A stretch of 64,000 nucleotides of DNA from Minisyncoccota bacterium. GTDB taxonomy: Bacteria; Patescibacteriota; Minisyncoccia; Phycocordibacterales; UBA9973. This document shows, piece by piece, positions 49,701 through 60,249 of the stretch (the stretch's first letter is position 1; the number at the start of each line of letters is the position of its first letter). The stretch lies in NCBI GenBank assembly GCA_041663185.1, contig JBAZQY010000002.1, positions 10,629 to 74,628 on the forward strand. Reading direction: 5' to 3'. The notes under the pieces are model-generated. The model was not told the DNA's origin. It saw only the letters and a list, made by a program, of their open reading frames with translations, and searched no databases. Position numbers and translations under genes: made by a program.

Positions 49701-49920
49701 GGAGGTTTGGGCACTTGAAGGTCATGGCGCCGCTTATACTCTTCGTGAAATGTTAACAATTAAGTCTGATGATATCATTGGTCGTTCACAGACATTTGAT
49801 GCCATTATTAAAGGTCACCCAATTGGTGAACCAAATGTTCCTGCTTCCTTTAATGTTTTACTCAATTACTTACGCGGGCTTGCTCTTGATGTCGATCTTA
49901 AAAAGCTGGGGAATGATTAA
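46726..49920 (+). CDS. rpoB: RNA polymerase beta subunit
   Basis: GTFIINGVERV, GDKLAGRHGNKG, GGQRFGEMEVWALE. Confidence 0.98.
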   Translation: MKKTAIRPKKYFARYKKPLVPFPNLIENQLVSFNWLIESGLKEVFKEFSPINDYSEKKFQLDFTSFTLSEPKFDEEYTKINKLTYEGGLKARVKLLNKGIGTSKEQEIFMADVPLMTKHGTFIINGVERVIVPQLTRSFGVFFTEQELKGKRYFGAKIIPARGVWIEIESDTDGAVYVRVDKKRKFSVTSLLRVLGLDKDEAIIKAFDKSASIEGGNEEALKTIKISLEKDPAKTAQDSFIEIYKRLRDGDLATAENARDFITALLSNERYDLSPVGRFRFNKRFEKNMDDKEMERRTISADDIITIVNNIVLLNNTPHAKADDIDHLGQRRVRYVGEMIQQKFRMGMSQIKRNIQDRMSTIDVGTTLPVQIINQRPLQARIKEFFTANQLSQFMNQENVMAELEHLRRLSALGPGGLTRERAGLEVRDVHTSHYGRVCPIHTPEGPNIGLILNLSTYAKINEFGIIETPYVKVKNGKITSEVVYLNALEEEKYNIAHAGIDYDEKGNIKEDKVEARLKTKPGLISKNEIDFIDVATNQAFSIATSMIPFLEHDDAHRTLMGSNMQKQALPCVLPEAPLVATGMEELASRDSGRLVISPVHGVVSYVDAKKVTVKDDKGKEHVYPLINFSRTNNFSMFHQRPSVSMGDKVKKGDILADTSTTENGQIALGQNVLVGFMSWGGANYEDAIILSEKLVKNSKFTSIYVTEFICNVRDTKLGPEITTRDIPNVGENKLKDLDEDGIIIVGAEVKENDILVGKITPKGETELTPEERLLRSIFTEKARDVKDTSLRLEHGKQGRIIGVKIFSRDQGHNLESGIIKRIVVEIAQIRNISIGDKLAGRHGNKGVISVILPEEEMPFMADGTSIDIILTPLGVPSRMNLGQILEMHLGYAAHTLDYQAIVPPFSSATVPEIKAELVKAGLPESGKVTLYDGRTGDAFDQDVAIGYMYMLKLHHMVEDKLHMRSIGPYSLITQQPLGGKAQGGGQRFGEMEVWALEGHGAAYTLREMLTIKSDDIIGRSQTFDAIIKGHPIGEPNVPASFNVLLNYLRGLALDVDLKKLGND

Positions 49921-49940
49921 TAGCTAAAATATCTAAAATT

Positions 49941-52900
49941 ATGAAAACAATTGATACAACAAATTTTGATTCCATAGTGTTAAAACTCGCTTCTCCAGAA
50001 AACATTTTGGAATGGTCATATGGAGAAGTCACAAAACCAGAAACGATAAACTATCGTACTGGCCGATCAGAGAGAAGCGGTTTATTTGATGAAAGAATTT
50101 TTGGACCAGAAAAAGATTATGAATGTTATTGTGGTAAATATAGGCGCATCAGATATAAAGATATTATCTGCGAAAAATGTGGAGTGGAAGTTACACGCTC
50201 GATTGTTCGTCGTGAACGCATGGGGCATATTGAACTTTCGAGTCCTGTGGCTCATATCTGGTTCTTGCGCGGAGTGCCATCTCGTATGTCGGTGCTTCTC
50301 AATATACCAGTTAGTGATTTGGAAAAGGTCATATACTTTGCTGGTTATATAATTACAAACGTCTATCAAGAAGAAAAAGATGTAATTATTAAAAATCTGG
50401 AAAGTGAATTCAAATCAAAACTTAAAAATACGAATGATGAAGAGTCTAAAGATAAACTCAAGGAACTCTTATTAAATACAAAAAGAGAAATTGCCGAAAT
50501 TGCTCCCGGGAAGGTTTTAAATGAGATTGCTTATCATCACTTTGGGTTGAAATATGGTAGTTGTTTTGAAGCAAGTATTGGAGCTGAAGCTATATTTACA
50601 CTTTTTAAAAATATGAATTTAGAGAAGCTTAAAGGAGAAACTGAAAATGCAATTCCGAAAGCTTCAAGTATTGATCGTGAGAAACTTGAAAAGAAATTAT
50701 CTCTTATTCGTTCGATGATTCACTCAGGTATTCGTCCAGAGTGGATGTTCTTAACGGTAATTCCAATTATTCCACCAGCTTTGCGTCCAATGGTTGCTCT
50801 TGATGGTGGACGCCATGCGACTTCTGATTTGAATGATTTATATCGCAGGGTTATTAATCGTAATAATCGATTGAAAAAGTTAAAAGAAATCGGAGCACCT
50901 GACGTTATTCTTCGAAACGAAAAACGTATTCTACAAGAAGCAGTAGATGCTCTTATCGATAATTCGATTGCTAAGCAAAACGATTCACAAGCTATCTCTT
51001 CGTCTCAGAAACGGGCTCTTAAATCTTTGTCAGATAATTTGAAATCAAAGCAAGGATTGTTCCGACAGAATTTACTTGGTAAGCGTGTGGACTATTCAGG
51101 GCGTTCGGTTATTGTGGTTGGTCCAAATCTTAAATTAAATCAATGTGGATTACCTAAACATATGGTTCTTGAACTTTTCAAACCATTTGTAATTTCGAAA
51201 GTTCTTGAGACAGAGCTAGCCTTTAATATTCGTGGAGCTAATCGTTTAATAGAAGAAGGAGTTCCAGAAGTTTGGGCAATTCTTGAAGAAGTCATTAAAG
51301 GAAAATATGTTCTTCTTAACCGTGCGCCGACTCTTCACCGTCTTGGAATTCAAGCCTTCAATCCAATTTTAATTGAAGGAAATGCTATTCAGGTTCACCC
51401 ACTTGTTTGTGCTGGATTCAACGCTGACTTCGATGGAGACCAAATGGCGGTTTATGTACCACTTTCTGATATGGCGCAGATGGAAGCTCGCGAATACATG
51501 GCTTCAAATAAAAACTTACTCAAGCCACAAGATGGTTCACCGATCGTCATGCCAAAGATGGATATTATTCTTGGTTGTTATTGGATGACCAAATCAGTAT
51601 CTGGAGAGAAAGGAGAGGGAATGTCATTTGCAAATCCTAATCAAGCAATTACCGCATTTGATTTGGGGGTTATTACTTTCCGGGCAAAAATTAAAGTTCT
51701 TGGTAGTGATAAACCACGATATAAAATTTTTGAAGATAAACCGTTTGAAACAACTGTGGGCAGATTATTCTTTAATAGTATTTTCCCAGATGATTTCCCA
51801 TACATGAACGAAGAGATAAACATTAAAAGAATGTCTCTCCTTGTTGATGAACTTATTGTTCACTGTGGGATAGATGATACTCCAAAAGTTTTGGATAAAA
51901 TTAAAGATTTTGGATATCATTATGCAACTTACTCCGGAGTTACTTGGGGTATTGATAATGTTAAAGTTCCCGTTGGAAAAGCTGAAATAGTAAAGAAATT
52001 CCGAAAAGAAGAAGAAGTTGTTCGAGGACAATTTGATGAAGGACTTCTATCTGAAGAAGAACAATACCAAAAAGTTATTGAAATCTGGGAACACGCCAAA
52101 AAAGAAATTGAAAAAATGATTCCCGAAACACTTGATTCAAAAAGTTCGACTTACGATTTAATCACATCAGGAGCCAGAGGAAATATGGGCTCACTTGTTC
52201 AGATGTGTGGAATGAAAGGTTTAATTGTGAATACTTCAGGCGAAACACTCGATTTCCCAATCATTCCTTCATATATTGAAGGCCTATCACCACTTGAATA
52301 CTTCATCACTACTCACGGATCACGTAAGGGTGCGGCTGACACAGCTTTGAATACCGCCAAAGCCGGGTACTTAACTCGTCGTTTGGTTGATGTGGCGCAA
52401 GATGTTGTAATTACCGAAGAAGATTGTGGCACAAAAAATGGTAAAAAAATTGTTGCGGTTGATGGAGTCTTTGCAAAATATATCAATGGCCGAGTTTTGC
52501 TTTCTGATATTAAAGATAGTGAAGGTAAAACTTTATTTAAAAAAGGAGCATTAATTACAAAGGAAAATGCGAGATTCTTAGAGAAATCTGGAATAAAAGA
52601 AGCATATGTCAGAACTCCACTTTCTTGTGAGACGGTTCATGGTATTTGTCGAAATTGTTACGGATTAGATTTAGGTAGAAATTGTATGATAGAGCTTGGT
52701 CAAGCTGTCGGTATTATTGCTGCTCAAGCTATTGGAGAACCGGGAACTCAGTTAACCCTTCGTACTTTCCACGCTGGAGGAGTTGCGACTGTGGATATTA
52801 CGACAGGTCTTCCTCGTGTTGAAGAAATTTTTGAAAGAAGAATTCCTAAAAATCCAGCTATCATTTCAGTTTCTGATGGAGAAGTTGTTGATATAAAAGA

Positions 52901-53582
52901 TGATGGAAAAGAAAAAATTATTAAAGTTCTTTCTGACTTAAAGGGTGATAATAAAATTTCGGCTAAAGGAAAAGCAAGTAATGAAGTCGAATATACAGTT
53001 CCTCCTCGTCGACAAGTTTTAGTAAAACTTGGAGCAAAAGTTAAGAAGGGAGATTTACTTACTGATGGATCGGCCGATATTAATGAGATTGTCAAATATG
53101 CCGGTAAAGAAGTTGCAGAAGAGTATATTGTTGATGAAATTAATAAAGTCTATGACTTGCAAAGTGCTTCAATTTCTAGAAAGCATATTGAAATAATTAT
53201 TCGACAGATGTTCTCTCGAAAGAAAATTAAAGATGCTGGAGATACAACTTTCTCTCCAGGAGAAATAGTTGAAACTATCGAACTTATCGAAGAAAATAAT
53301 CGTATCGCAGAAGAAGGGAATGGTAAAGGAGCTGAAGCTTCCACAATTGTGTTAGGAATTACAGAAGTTTCATTAACAACTAAAAGTTGGTTATCTGCAG
53401 CTTCTTTCCAAAATACGAATAGAGTTTTGATTAATAATGCAATCCGTGGCGGAATTGATAATCTGAGAGGACTTAAAGAAAATGTCATCATCGGGAATCT
53501 TATTCCTGCTGGAACTGGGTTTGGAGTCAAACGCACAAAAGAAATATTAGAGGGACAAGAGGAACAGGCCGATAACTTATAA
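49941..53582 (+). CDS. rpoC: RNA polymerase beta' subunit
   Basis: NADFDGDQM, GKRVDYSGRSVI, GEPGTQLTLRTFH. Confidence 0.98.
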   Translation: MKTIDTTNFDSIVLKLASPENILEWSYGEVTKPETINYRTGRSERSGLFDERIFGPEKDYECYCGKYRRIRYKDIICEKCGVEVTRSIVRRERMGHIELSSPVAHIWFLRGVPSRMSVLLNIPVSDLEKVIYFAGYIITNVYQEEKDVIIKNLESEFKSKLKNTNDEESKDKLKELLLNTKREIAEIAPGKVLNEIAYHHFGLKYGSCFEASIGAEAIFTLFKNMNLEKLKGETENAIPKASSIDREKLEKKLSLIRSMIHSGIRPEWMFLTVIPIIPPALRPMVALDGGRHATSDLNDLYRRVINRNNRLKKLKEIGAPDVILRNEKRILQEAVDALIDNSIAKQNDSQAISSSQKRALKSLSDNLKSKQGLFRQNLLGKRVDYSGRSVIVVGPNLKLNQCGLPKHMVLELFKPFVISKVLETELAFNIRGANRLIEEGVPEVWAILEEVIKGKYVLLNRAPTLHRLGIQAFNPILIEGNAIQVHPLVCAGFNADFDGDQMAVYVPLSDMAQMEAREYMASNKNLLKPQDGSPIVMPKMDIILGCYWMTKSVSGEKGEGMSFANPNQAITAFDLGVITFRAKIKVLGSDKPRYKIFEDKPFETTVGRLFFNSIFPDDFPYMNEEINIKRMSLLVDELIVHCGIDDTPKVLDKIKDFGYHYATYSGVTWGIDNVKVPVGKAEIVKKFRKEEEVVRGQFDEGLLSEEEQYQKVIEIWEHAKKEIEKMIPETLDSKSSTYDLITSGARGNMGSLVQMCGMKGLIVNTSGETLDFPIIPSYIEGLSPLEYFITTHGSRKGAADTALNTAKAGYLTRRLVDVAQDVVITEEDCGTKNGKKIVAVDGVFAKYINGRVLLSDIKDSEGKTLFKKGALITKENARFLEKSGIKEAYVRTPLSCETVHGICRNCYGLDLGRNCMIELGQAVGIIAAQAIGEPGTQLTLRTFHAGGVATVDITTGLPRVEEIFERRIPKNPAIISVSDGEVVDIKDDGKEKIIKVLSDLKGDNKISAKGKASNEVEYTVPPRRQVLVKLGAKVKKGDLLTDGSADINEIVKYAGKEVAEEYIVDEINKVYDLQSASISRKHIEIIIRQMFSRKKIKDAGDTTFSPGEIVETIELIEENNRIAEEGNGKGAEASTIVLGITEVSLTTKSWLSAASFQNTNRVLINNAIRGGIDNLRGLKENVIIGNLIPAGTGFGVKRTKEILEGQEEQADNL

Positions 53583-53606
53583 AATAAATAAGTTGAAAAA
53601 ATAAAT

Positions 53607-55397
53607 ATGCACTCACCTGTGGAGAAAATTAAAGAGAGACTATCTATTGTCGATGTGATTTCTTCATATTTAACACTCGAAAAAGCAGGTAAGAATTATA
53701 AGGCTAAATGTCCATTTCACAACGAGAAAACACCCTCATTTTTTATTTCTCCAGATCGAGGAAGTTATTATTGTTTCGGTTGTAGCGCTAAAGGAGATAT
53801 TTTTTCTTTCGTTGAACATTTTGAGGGTACGAATTTTTTGGGAGCCTTAAAAATTCTTGCTGAACGAGCCGGTATTCCATTATCTCTATATAAAAGTACA
53901 GAGCAAGATAAGACAGAAATCTTTTATAAAATAATGGAAGAAGCAACTTTATTTTTTGAGAAAAATTTTGCAAATAATAAAGAAGCTAGAAGTTATTTAC
54001 TTGGTAGAGGACTAACCGATCAATCAATAGAATCTTTTCGTATTGGTTATGCTAAAGAGTCATGGAGTGATGGGTTAGCTTATTTAAAAAGTAAGGGTTA
54101 TAGAGAAGAGGATATTGAGACTGTTGGTTTGATAAAAAAGAAAGACGATCGATATTATGATCGATTTCGTGGACGAATAATGTTTCCAATAAGTGATTCA
54201 AGTGGACGGGTTATTGCTTTTTCTGGTCGTTTATTTAAACAAATAAATAATGAAAATTCGATTGAAGAAGCTAAATATTTAAATAGTCCCGATACTCCAT
54301 TATTTAATAAATCAAATATTTTATTTGGAATTGATAAAGCCAAGAGTTCTATCAGGAGCCGTGGTTATAGTATCATCGTTGAGGGACAGATGGATCTGAT
54401 ATTATCTCATCAGGCTTCATTTACAAATACAGTAGCAGTTTCCGGAACAGCTTTTACTGATAATACAATAGATAACCCGCTTCGTCGAGACTCCAGCGAG
54501 GCGAGTGAATCAAAAATAAACAGTTTGGGATTAGTTCGTCGATTATCACCCAATATAATTTTTGCTTATGATGGTGATAACGCTGGGATTAGGGCAGCTA
54601 GTCGTTCAGCGATGATTGCCCTTTCGCTTGATATGCAAGTAAAAATAGCGAAATTACCAGAAGATAAGGACCCAGCGGATATAATTTTTGAAGATAGTAA
54701 TCAATGGAAAGATATAATCAAAAATTCCATTAATATAATTAGTTTTCATTTAGATAGAATTTGTAAAGAGACAAATGACATTAGGCAGAGAGGGAAAAAA
54801 ATTAGAGAAATAATTTTCCCATTTCTTGTGATGATTAGTAGTTCGATTGAAAAGTCAGCTTATATAAACGAAATTCATAGTCAAACAGGTATTTCAGAAA
54901 GGGCAATTATTGAAGATTATCAAAAATATGAAAAATCACAAAATATACCTAAAATAGTTTCGGATAAATCAGAAAGTAAAAAAGAAATTATTTCGAGACG
55001 TAATAACTTAGAGAAAAAATTATTTGGTATAATTTTTTGGAAAGGAGCCAATGAAGAACAAGTAAAAGCAATAAATAATTTAAAAAAGTTATTTGAAGAA
55101 GACATAGGAAATCAGAACTTTCAGAAAATCCTTGATATATATGAACCATTTTCGGAAACCTTAGCACTTGAAGCAGAAACATGGTATGACAGTAAAACTG
55201 ATCTACTAGAAAAAGATATGAAGGAAATCGTTCTGAATTTAGAAGAAGAGATACTGCGAGAAGAAGCTAACTCTTTATTAATCAAAATAAATGAACAAGA
55301 ACAAAACAAAAATAAAGATGGTATCAAGGATGATCTTATTAATTATCAAAAAATTGTCGAAAAAATAGAAAATATTAAAGGGCGCCGAACACAATAA
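53607..55397 (+). CDS. dnaG: DNA primase
   Basis: [35 protein letters not shown]. Confidence 0.96.
   Translation: MHSPVEKIKERLSIVDVISSYLTLEKAGKNYKAKCPFHNEKTPSFFISPDRGSYYCFGCSAKGDIFSFVEHFEGTNFLGALKILAERAGIPLSLYKSTEQDKTEIFYKIMEEATLFFEKNFANNKEARSYLLGRGLTDQSIESFRIGYAKESWSDGLAYLKSKGYREEDIETVGLIKKKDDRYYDRFRGRIMFPISDSSGRVIAFSGRLFKQINNENSIEEAKYLNSPDTPLFNKSNILFGIDKAKSSIRSRGYSIIVEGQMDLILSHQASFTNTVAVSGTAFTDNTIDNPLRRDSSEASESKINSLGLVRRLSPNIIFAYDGDNAGIRAASRSAMIALSLDMQVKIAKLPEDKDPADIIFEDSNQWKDIIKNSINIISFHLDRICKETNDIRQRGKKIREIIFPFLVMISSSIEKSAYINEIHSQTGISERAIIEDYQKYEKSQNIPKIVSDKSESKKEIISRRNNLEKKLFGIIFWKGANEEQVKAINNLKKLFEEDIGNQNFQKILDIYEPFSETLALEAETWYDSKTDLLEKDMKEIVLNLEEEILREEANSLLIKINEQEQNKNKDGIKDDLINYQKIVEKIENIKGRRTQ
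54476..54505 (+). repeat. 30-bp GC-rich in-frame mini-insertion (CCCG...GCGAGGCGAG)
   Basis: Imperfect hairpin CGCTTCG/CGAGGCG; same ends as 14998-15030. Confidence 0.6.
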
Positions 55398-55401
55398 ACT
55401 T

Positions 55402-56721
55402 ATGGTGAAAAAAATAAAAAAGATGAATAAAAGAAAATTGGGTTTAAAGAAAAAGGTAATCAAGAAGAAAGCTTTAAAGAAAATTAAGAAAGTTACTTCT
55501 TCTAAGATCAAAAAATTAAGGAAAAAAGTTGTAATAAAAAAACCTAAGACGAAAATCAAAATAACTAGATCCAAAAAATCTTCAAATAAAAAGAATAATT
55601 CATCATCTTCTATTAAATTATCAAGCAAGCAGTTATCAGTAGAAAAGAAAATTCTTGAATTAGAAAAGAAATCAGATTTAATTGTTGAAAAAGGTAAAAA
55701 GAGGGGATTTATAACTTATGATGAAATCATAAAAATATTTCCTGACATTGAGAATAATATTCTATTTTTAGATGAACTCTATGAAAAATTATCGGTTTCT
55801 GGTGTTGATGTTTTGGAGGGTGGAAATTTGTTAGATATAGAAGGAGATACTGATAAAATGGCGCTTAAATACAGTAAAGATGCTCAAACATATGATTCAA
55901 TTCAAATGTATTTAAAAGAAATTGGTCAGTATCCACTGATTCCCGCAAGTGAAGAAAAAAACCTAGCATATCGTATTGAAAAAGGGGACATGGAAGCCAA
56001 AAATTTACTTGCCCGTGCAAATCTTCGTCTCGTTGTTTCAATTGCTAAAAAGTATGTTGGCCGTAGTTCTGATCTGACACTTCTTGATTTAATTCAAGAA
56101 GGGAATTTGGGTTTATTTAAAGCCGTTGAAAAATTTGATTGGACTAAAGGTTACAAATTTTCAACTTATGCCACATGGTGGATCCGTCAATCAATTACTC
56201 GAGCGCTTGCTGATCAATCACGTACTATTCGTATTCCTGTTCACATGGTAGAAACAATTTCTAAATATAAACAAGTTGTTCGCAGATTATCACAAGATCT
56301 TGGACGTGAACCGCTAATAGAAGAAATTGCTACAGAAATGAATTTAGAAGTTGAAAAAATTCATATTATTGAGCAAATCAATCAAGATACTGTTTCTCTT
56401 GAGCAACCAATAGGGGATGACGATGAGAAATCTACTCGCGGAGAATTTATTCCTGATGACAAAATTCTTCGCCCCGATCAAGATTCTTCACGTAGAATTC
56501 TTTCTGATCAAATCAAAGAAGTTCTAGATACCCTAAATCCAAAAGAGAGAAAAATTCTCGAGCTTCGTTATGGGCTTATGGATGGTATTCAGCATACCCT
56601 AGAGGAAGTCGGGCAAGAATTCGGGGTGACTCGTGAACGCATTCGTCAAATTGAAGCTAAGGTTCACGAAAAGTTAAGAAATAACGAAAAAATCGCCAGA
56701 TTAAAAAATTATTTTGATTAA
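55402..56721 (+). CDS. rpoD: Primary sigma factor with Lys-rich N-terminal extension
   Basis: [41 protein letters not shown]. Confidence 0.95.
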   Translation: MVKKIKKMNKRKLGLKKKVIKKKALKKIKKVTSSKIKKLRKKVVIKKPKTKIKITRSKKSSNKKNNSSSSIKLSSKQLSVEKKILELEKKSDLIVEKGKKRGFITYDEIIKIFPDIENNILFLDELYEKLSVSGVDVLEGGNLLDIEGDTDKMALKYSKDAQTYDSIQMYLKEIGQYPLIPASEEKNLAYRIEKGDMEAKNLLARANLRLVVSIAKKYVGRSSDLTLLDLIQEGNLGLFKAVEKFDWTKGYKFSTYATWWIRQSITRALADQSRTIRIPVHMVETISKYKQVVRRLSQDLGREPLIEEIATEMNLEVEKIHIIEQINQDTVSLEQPIGDDDEKSTRGEFIPDDKILRPDQDSSRRILSDQIKEVLDTLNPKERKILELRYGLMDGIQHTLEEVGQEFGVTRERIRQIEAKVHEKLRNNEKIARLKNYFD

Positions 56722-56722
56722 G

Positions 56723-56751
56723 ATAAAAGCCATGTTTTACATGGCTTTTAT
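56723..56751. terminator. Bidirectional terminator
   Basis: ATAAAAGCCATGT-TTT-ACATGGCTTTTAT between convergent genes. Confidence 0.8.
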
Positions 56752-56763
56752 AGTGATTATTTT

Positions 56764-57465
56764 TTATAAATTGGTAACTGGGTCGGCTGAAGTTTTTAAT
56801 AACCCAAAAAGTAAGTCGGTATATTTCCAGAAAGCATCGTTACCTTTTATTTGAGCGATACATTCAGCCGCAACCAATTTTTCAAATGAATTTTGGTGTA
56901 TTGGCCAATGACGATAAACCCAGTTTACATTTCCAGCGGAATTATCTACAACCTTTTTAAGTGTTGTGTGGAAAGATTTACAATAAGGACATTCAAAATC
57001 AGAATATTCAATAATTGTTACTTGGGCTGTGGAATTTCCCCACACATGATCAGTTGCATCTACTGGAGGAATTTCACCTTCGTATTTTGTAGCTACAGTT
57101 CCAGACAATACTTCACTAATTGCTTTTTCAATACTTTCATAAGATTCTGCTCCCCGAATTTCTGTTTTGACACCATTACTTCCAACAATCACACTGTATG
57201 GAGTTCCTCTTTGGTCAGCAGGAACAGCCTTCATTGCACTTTCTACACTAGTTTGTATTTTATCTGCCAAGGATTCTGAATCAACTGCTTCTACACACGC
57301 AGCAAATTTTTCTTTTGAAACCCCCACTTGTTCTGATAATGTTTTTTCTTTTGTAACTCCACTGCCACCCATATTATTTGTTAATATAATACCAACCATA
57401 ACAAGAAAACCTGCAATGACAATAGCCACAGGTGTTGTTATTTTAAATTGTTTTGTATTTTCCAT
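56764..57465 (-). CDS. DsbA-family protein with apparently permuted domain order
   Basis: EYSDFECPYC present; GTPYS segment lies N-terminal to the CxxC; start at ATG 57465. Confidence 0.8.
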   Translation of the reverse strand: MENTKQFKITTPVAIVIAGFLVMVGIILTNNMGGSGVTKEKTLSEQVGVSKEKFAACVEAVDSESLADKIQTSVESAMKAVPADQRGTPYSVIVGSNGVKTEIRGAESYESIEKAISEVLSGTVATKYEGEIPPVDATDHVWGNSTAQVTIIEYSDFECPYCKSFHTTLKKVVDNSAGNVNWVYRHWPIHQNSFEKLVAAECIAQIKGNDAFWKYTDLLFGLLKTSADPVTNL

Positions 57466-57552
57466 TCGTTTATTGTAGCACATCTTTATTGTTTAAAAAA
57501 TAGAGATTTAACATTGAAAAATATCGAGAATATGTTATACTGAGGTTTCATT

Positions 57553-58824
57553 ATGGAGTCGGCTTATACAGTCATATTTTATGTATTTTGCTTCATTTCT
57601 GTCTATGTACAGATATTTTTTTTGATAACCTTTCTTGAAAAAAGGCGTCAGATAGTTAAACATTCAGATGATTTTAAGTTATTAAATTATGGAACAGTTA
57701 CAGTTGCTGTTCCTTGCTACAACGAAGAGAAGACTATTGCCAAAACAGTTAAATCTCTATTAGCTCTTGATTACCCGAAAGATAAAATAAAAATCTATAT
57801 TGTTGATGATGGGAGTAAGGACAATACCTGGGAGGTTCTTCAAGAGTTCAAAGATGATCCAAATATATTCTTATTAAAAAAAGAAAATGGTGGAAAATAT
57901 ACGGCTTTAAATTTAGTTTTAGAAAAAACCAACTCTGAATTTTTTGGTTGCTTGGATTCCGATTCACTCGTTCATCCACAATCTCTAAAAAGAATATTAA
58001 GTTATTTTGAAAAAGATGCTCATACTATGGCCGTTGCTCCATCGATTATCGTTTACAATCCAAAAAATATTCTTCAACATGCACAAAATATAGAATATGA
58101 TATGTCTATTTATACCAAGAAAATGCTTGGTTTTATGGGGGGTATCCATGTTACACCTGGACCATTTTCAATTTTCCGCAAAACAGTTTTTGATGAATTG
58201 GGTCCTTACCGTAAAGCTCATAATACGGAAGATCAAGAAATAGCCCTTCGAATGCAAGAGCATGGATATAAGATTGATCATTGTCCTGATGCTTATGTCT
58301 ATACGATTAGTCCTGATTCCGTTATTAAATTGTATCGTCAGAGGACCAGGTGGATATATGGTTTCATCAAAAATCTTATTGATTACAGGCGATTACTTTT
58401 TAAAAAAGAATATGGAACTATCGCCTTATTTACCTTACCATCTGGAGTGATTTCGATTTTAGGAGTTGTTTTTCTATTTGTTAATATAATGGGGAACATT
58501 ATAAAATTTATTTATAATAAAATAATACAGATTAATACAGTTGGTTTAGATAATTTTTTTAATTTTAGTTTTAAATTTGATTGGTTTTTCCTCAATACCA
58601 AAGCGGCCTTGTTCTTATCTGTAATTTTGTATATACTAATTATTGTTTCTGTAATGATTGGAAGAAAAATGGTGAAAGGGAAATCAAGTTTTTCTATTTC
58701 CATTTTATATTTTGTCTTGATTTATAGTGTTATTGCCCCATTTTGGATTTTAAAAGCGATTTATAACGCTATTATGTCTAGAGAATCAAGCTGGACGCTT
58801 GAACGTCGATTGTCAAATAATTAA
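57553..58824 (+). CDS. GT2 membrane glycosyltransferase (IcaA/cellulose-synthase-like)
   Basis: VPCYNEE, DDGSKD, DSD, TED, QRTRW, TM segments. Confidence 0.9.
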   Translation: MESAYTVIFYVFCFISVYVQIFFLITFLEKRRQIVKHSDDFKLLNYGTVTVAVPCYNEEKTIAKTVKSLLALDYPKDKIKIYIVDDGSKDNTWEVLQEFKDDPNIFLLKKENGGKYTALNLVLEKTNSEFFGCLDSDSLVHPQSLKRILSYFEKDAHTMAVAPSIIVYNPKNILQHAQNIEYDMSIYTKKMLGFMGGIHVTPGPFSIFRKTVFDELGPYRKAHNTEDQEIALRMQEHGYKIDHCPDAYVYTISPDSVIKLYRQRTRWIYGFIKNLIDYRRLLFKKEYGTIALFTLPSGVISILGVVFLFVNIMGNIIKFIYNKIIQINTVGLDNFFNFSFKFDWFFLNTKAALFLSVILYILIIVSVMIGRKMVKGKSSFSISILYFVLIYSVIAPFWILKAIYNAIMSRESSWTLERRLSNN

Positions 58825-58829
58825 AGTAT

Positions 58830-59546
58830 ATGCATCAACACGAACCAAATGATTGGAAAAAATATATTATAGTTCTTTTTATTACTTCAACAATATTTAT
58901 ATCAGGGTTGTGGATTTCGAATTATTTTAATAATAAAAAAATGGACCAACTCAAATCGATTGAAAGTAAAATTTCTCTTGATTTGATGTCATCCGAAACA
59001 CAATTCTCACTCCTACAAGAGTTATCTTGCAAAGATGTTTCGACAACCGTTTTATCCTCAGAATTAAATTCTCTTGCTGATAAAATCTCATATAGTGAAA
59101 ACAATATTGGAACAGAGAATGTAGATGTAATTAGTTTGAAGAAATATTATTCTCTTCTTGAAATAAAAGATTACCTATTAATGAAGCAAATTACAGAGAG
59201 GTGTGGACAGAAGTCTATCTTTGTTCTTTATTTCTATAAGAATGATAATTGTGATGATTGTACTAAGCAAGGTTATGTTTTAACTAGTTTGAGAGAAAAA
59301 TATCCTAATTTGCGTGTTTATTCTTTTGATTACGACTTGGATTTGTCAGCTATAAAAGCCATGATTTCAATATATAAAGTCCCTGACAATTTACCAGCGA
59401 TTGTCATTAATGGGAAAATTTACAATGGATTAAAAACAATAGAAGAAATTGAGAAAATACTTCCTGAACTTGAAAAGATAAAAGCCCAGGAAGAGAAAGC
59501 TTTAAAAACAACGACAAAAAATACAAACTCAATAATAAAAAATTAA
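58830..59546 (+). CDS. Membrane-anchored thioredoxin-fold protein
   Basis: N-terminal TM, CDDC, PAIVING. Confidence 0.65.
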   Translation: MHQHEPNDWKKYIIVLFITSTIFISGLWISNYFNNKKMDQLKSIESKISLDLMSSETQFSLLQELSCKDVSTTVLSSELNSLADKISYSENNIGTENVDVISLKKYYSLLEIKDYLLMKQITERCGQKSIFVLYFYKNDNCDDCTKQGYVLTSLREKYPNLRVYSFDYDLDLSAIKAMISIYKVPDNLPAIVINGKIYNGLKTIEEIEKILPELEKIKAQEEKALKTTTKNTNSIIKN

Positions 59547-59645
59547 TTCAAAAAAGCACGAGGAATCGTCACACATAAAATTCTGCTGAATTTTTGCGCG
59601 ACCCCGCCTCGCGCCGTCGCGCTCCGGCTTTCGAATCCTCGTGCC

Positions 59646-59678
59646 AAGAAAAAACACTCGTTTAGAGTGTTTTTTCTT
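59646..59678. terminator. Bidirectional terminator downstream of tRNA-Thr
   Basis: 14-bp perfect IR AAGAAAAAACACTC/GAGTGTTTTTTCTT. Confidence 0.8.
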
Positions 59679-59682
59679 CAGG

Positions 59683-59755
59683 AGCCGGCACGAGGATTCG
59701 AACCCCGGACATCCACTTTACAAAAGTGGCGCTCTACCAACTGAGCTATGCCGGC
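59683..59755 (-). tRNA. tRNA-Thr(UGU)
   Basis: GCCGGCATAGCTCAGTTGGTAGAGC...CCACT-TTTGTAA-AGTGG...GGTTCGAATCC...TGCCGGCT. Confidence 0.95.
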
Positions 59756-59846
59756 AAACATTTTTTTATAATAAATAACTTTTGCTGACATAACTTTGTG
59801 TCTTGTCCACCAAGACAGCTATGCCGGCAATATTTATTGTTGTAAT

Positions 59847-60248
59847 TTATTCTCCATGCTCTCTTCGCACTTTTTCTCGGATGTGTTTTATCTTTGTTTT
59901 CAATTCAATAACTGACCTGTGGGTGAATAACTTTTTTGCCTTTTCACTATCTTTTTCAAGTTTTTCCATAAAAACTCTAATTTTTGGTAATTTTTTATCA
60001 AACCATCTTTTTGTTTTTGTTAAAACAATAAACCAATATTTTACTACCATTAACACAATCCATTGAATCGTATGTTTTGCTAAATATAGCATAATTTTTT
60101 CCGTGTGTCGAAAGTATATTTCGGGAAATATTTTTCTAAACTTAATCGGCAATGTCGCCCGATTTGTTTGGAGTTCCCATGCGCGAAACATCGTCATTCC
60201 AAACAAAGATATAAGTGCCAGTAAAAAAATTATGATAACGATTGTCAT
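59847..60248 (-). CDS. Hypothetical membrane protein
   Basis: N-terminal TM; starts 1 nt after the tsf stop. Confidence 0.65.
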   Translation of the reverse strand: MTIVIIIFLLALISLFGMTMFRAWELQTNRATLPIKFRKIFPEIYFRHTEKIMLYLAKHTIQWIVLMVVKYWFIVLTKTKRWFDKKLPKIRVFMEKLEKDSEKAKKLFTHRSVIELKTKIKHIREKVRREHGE

Positions 60249-60249
60249 A

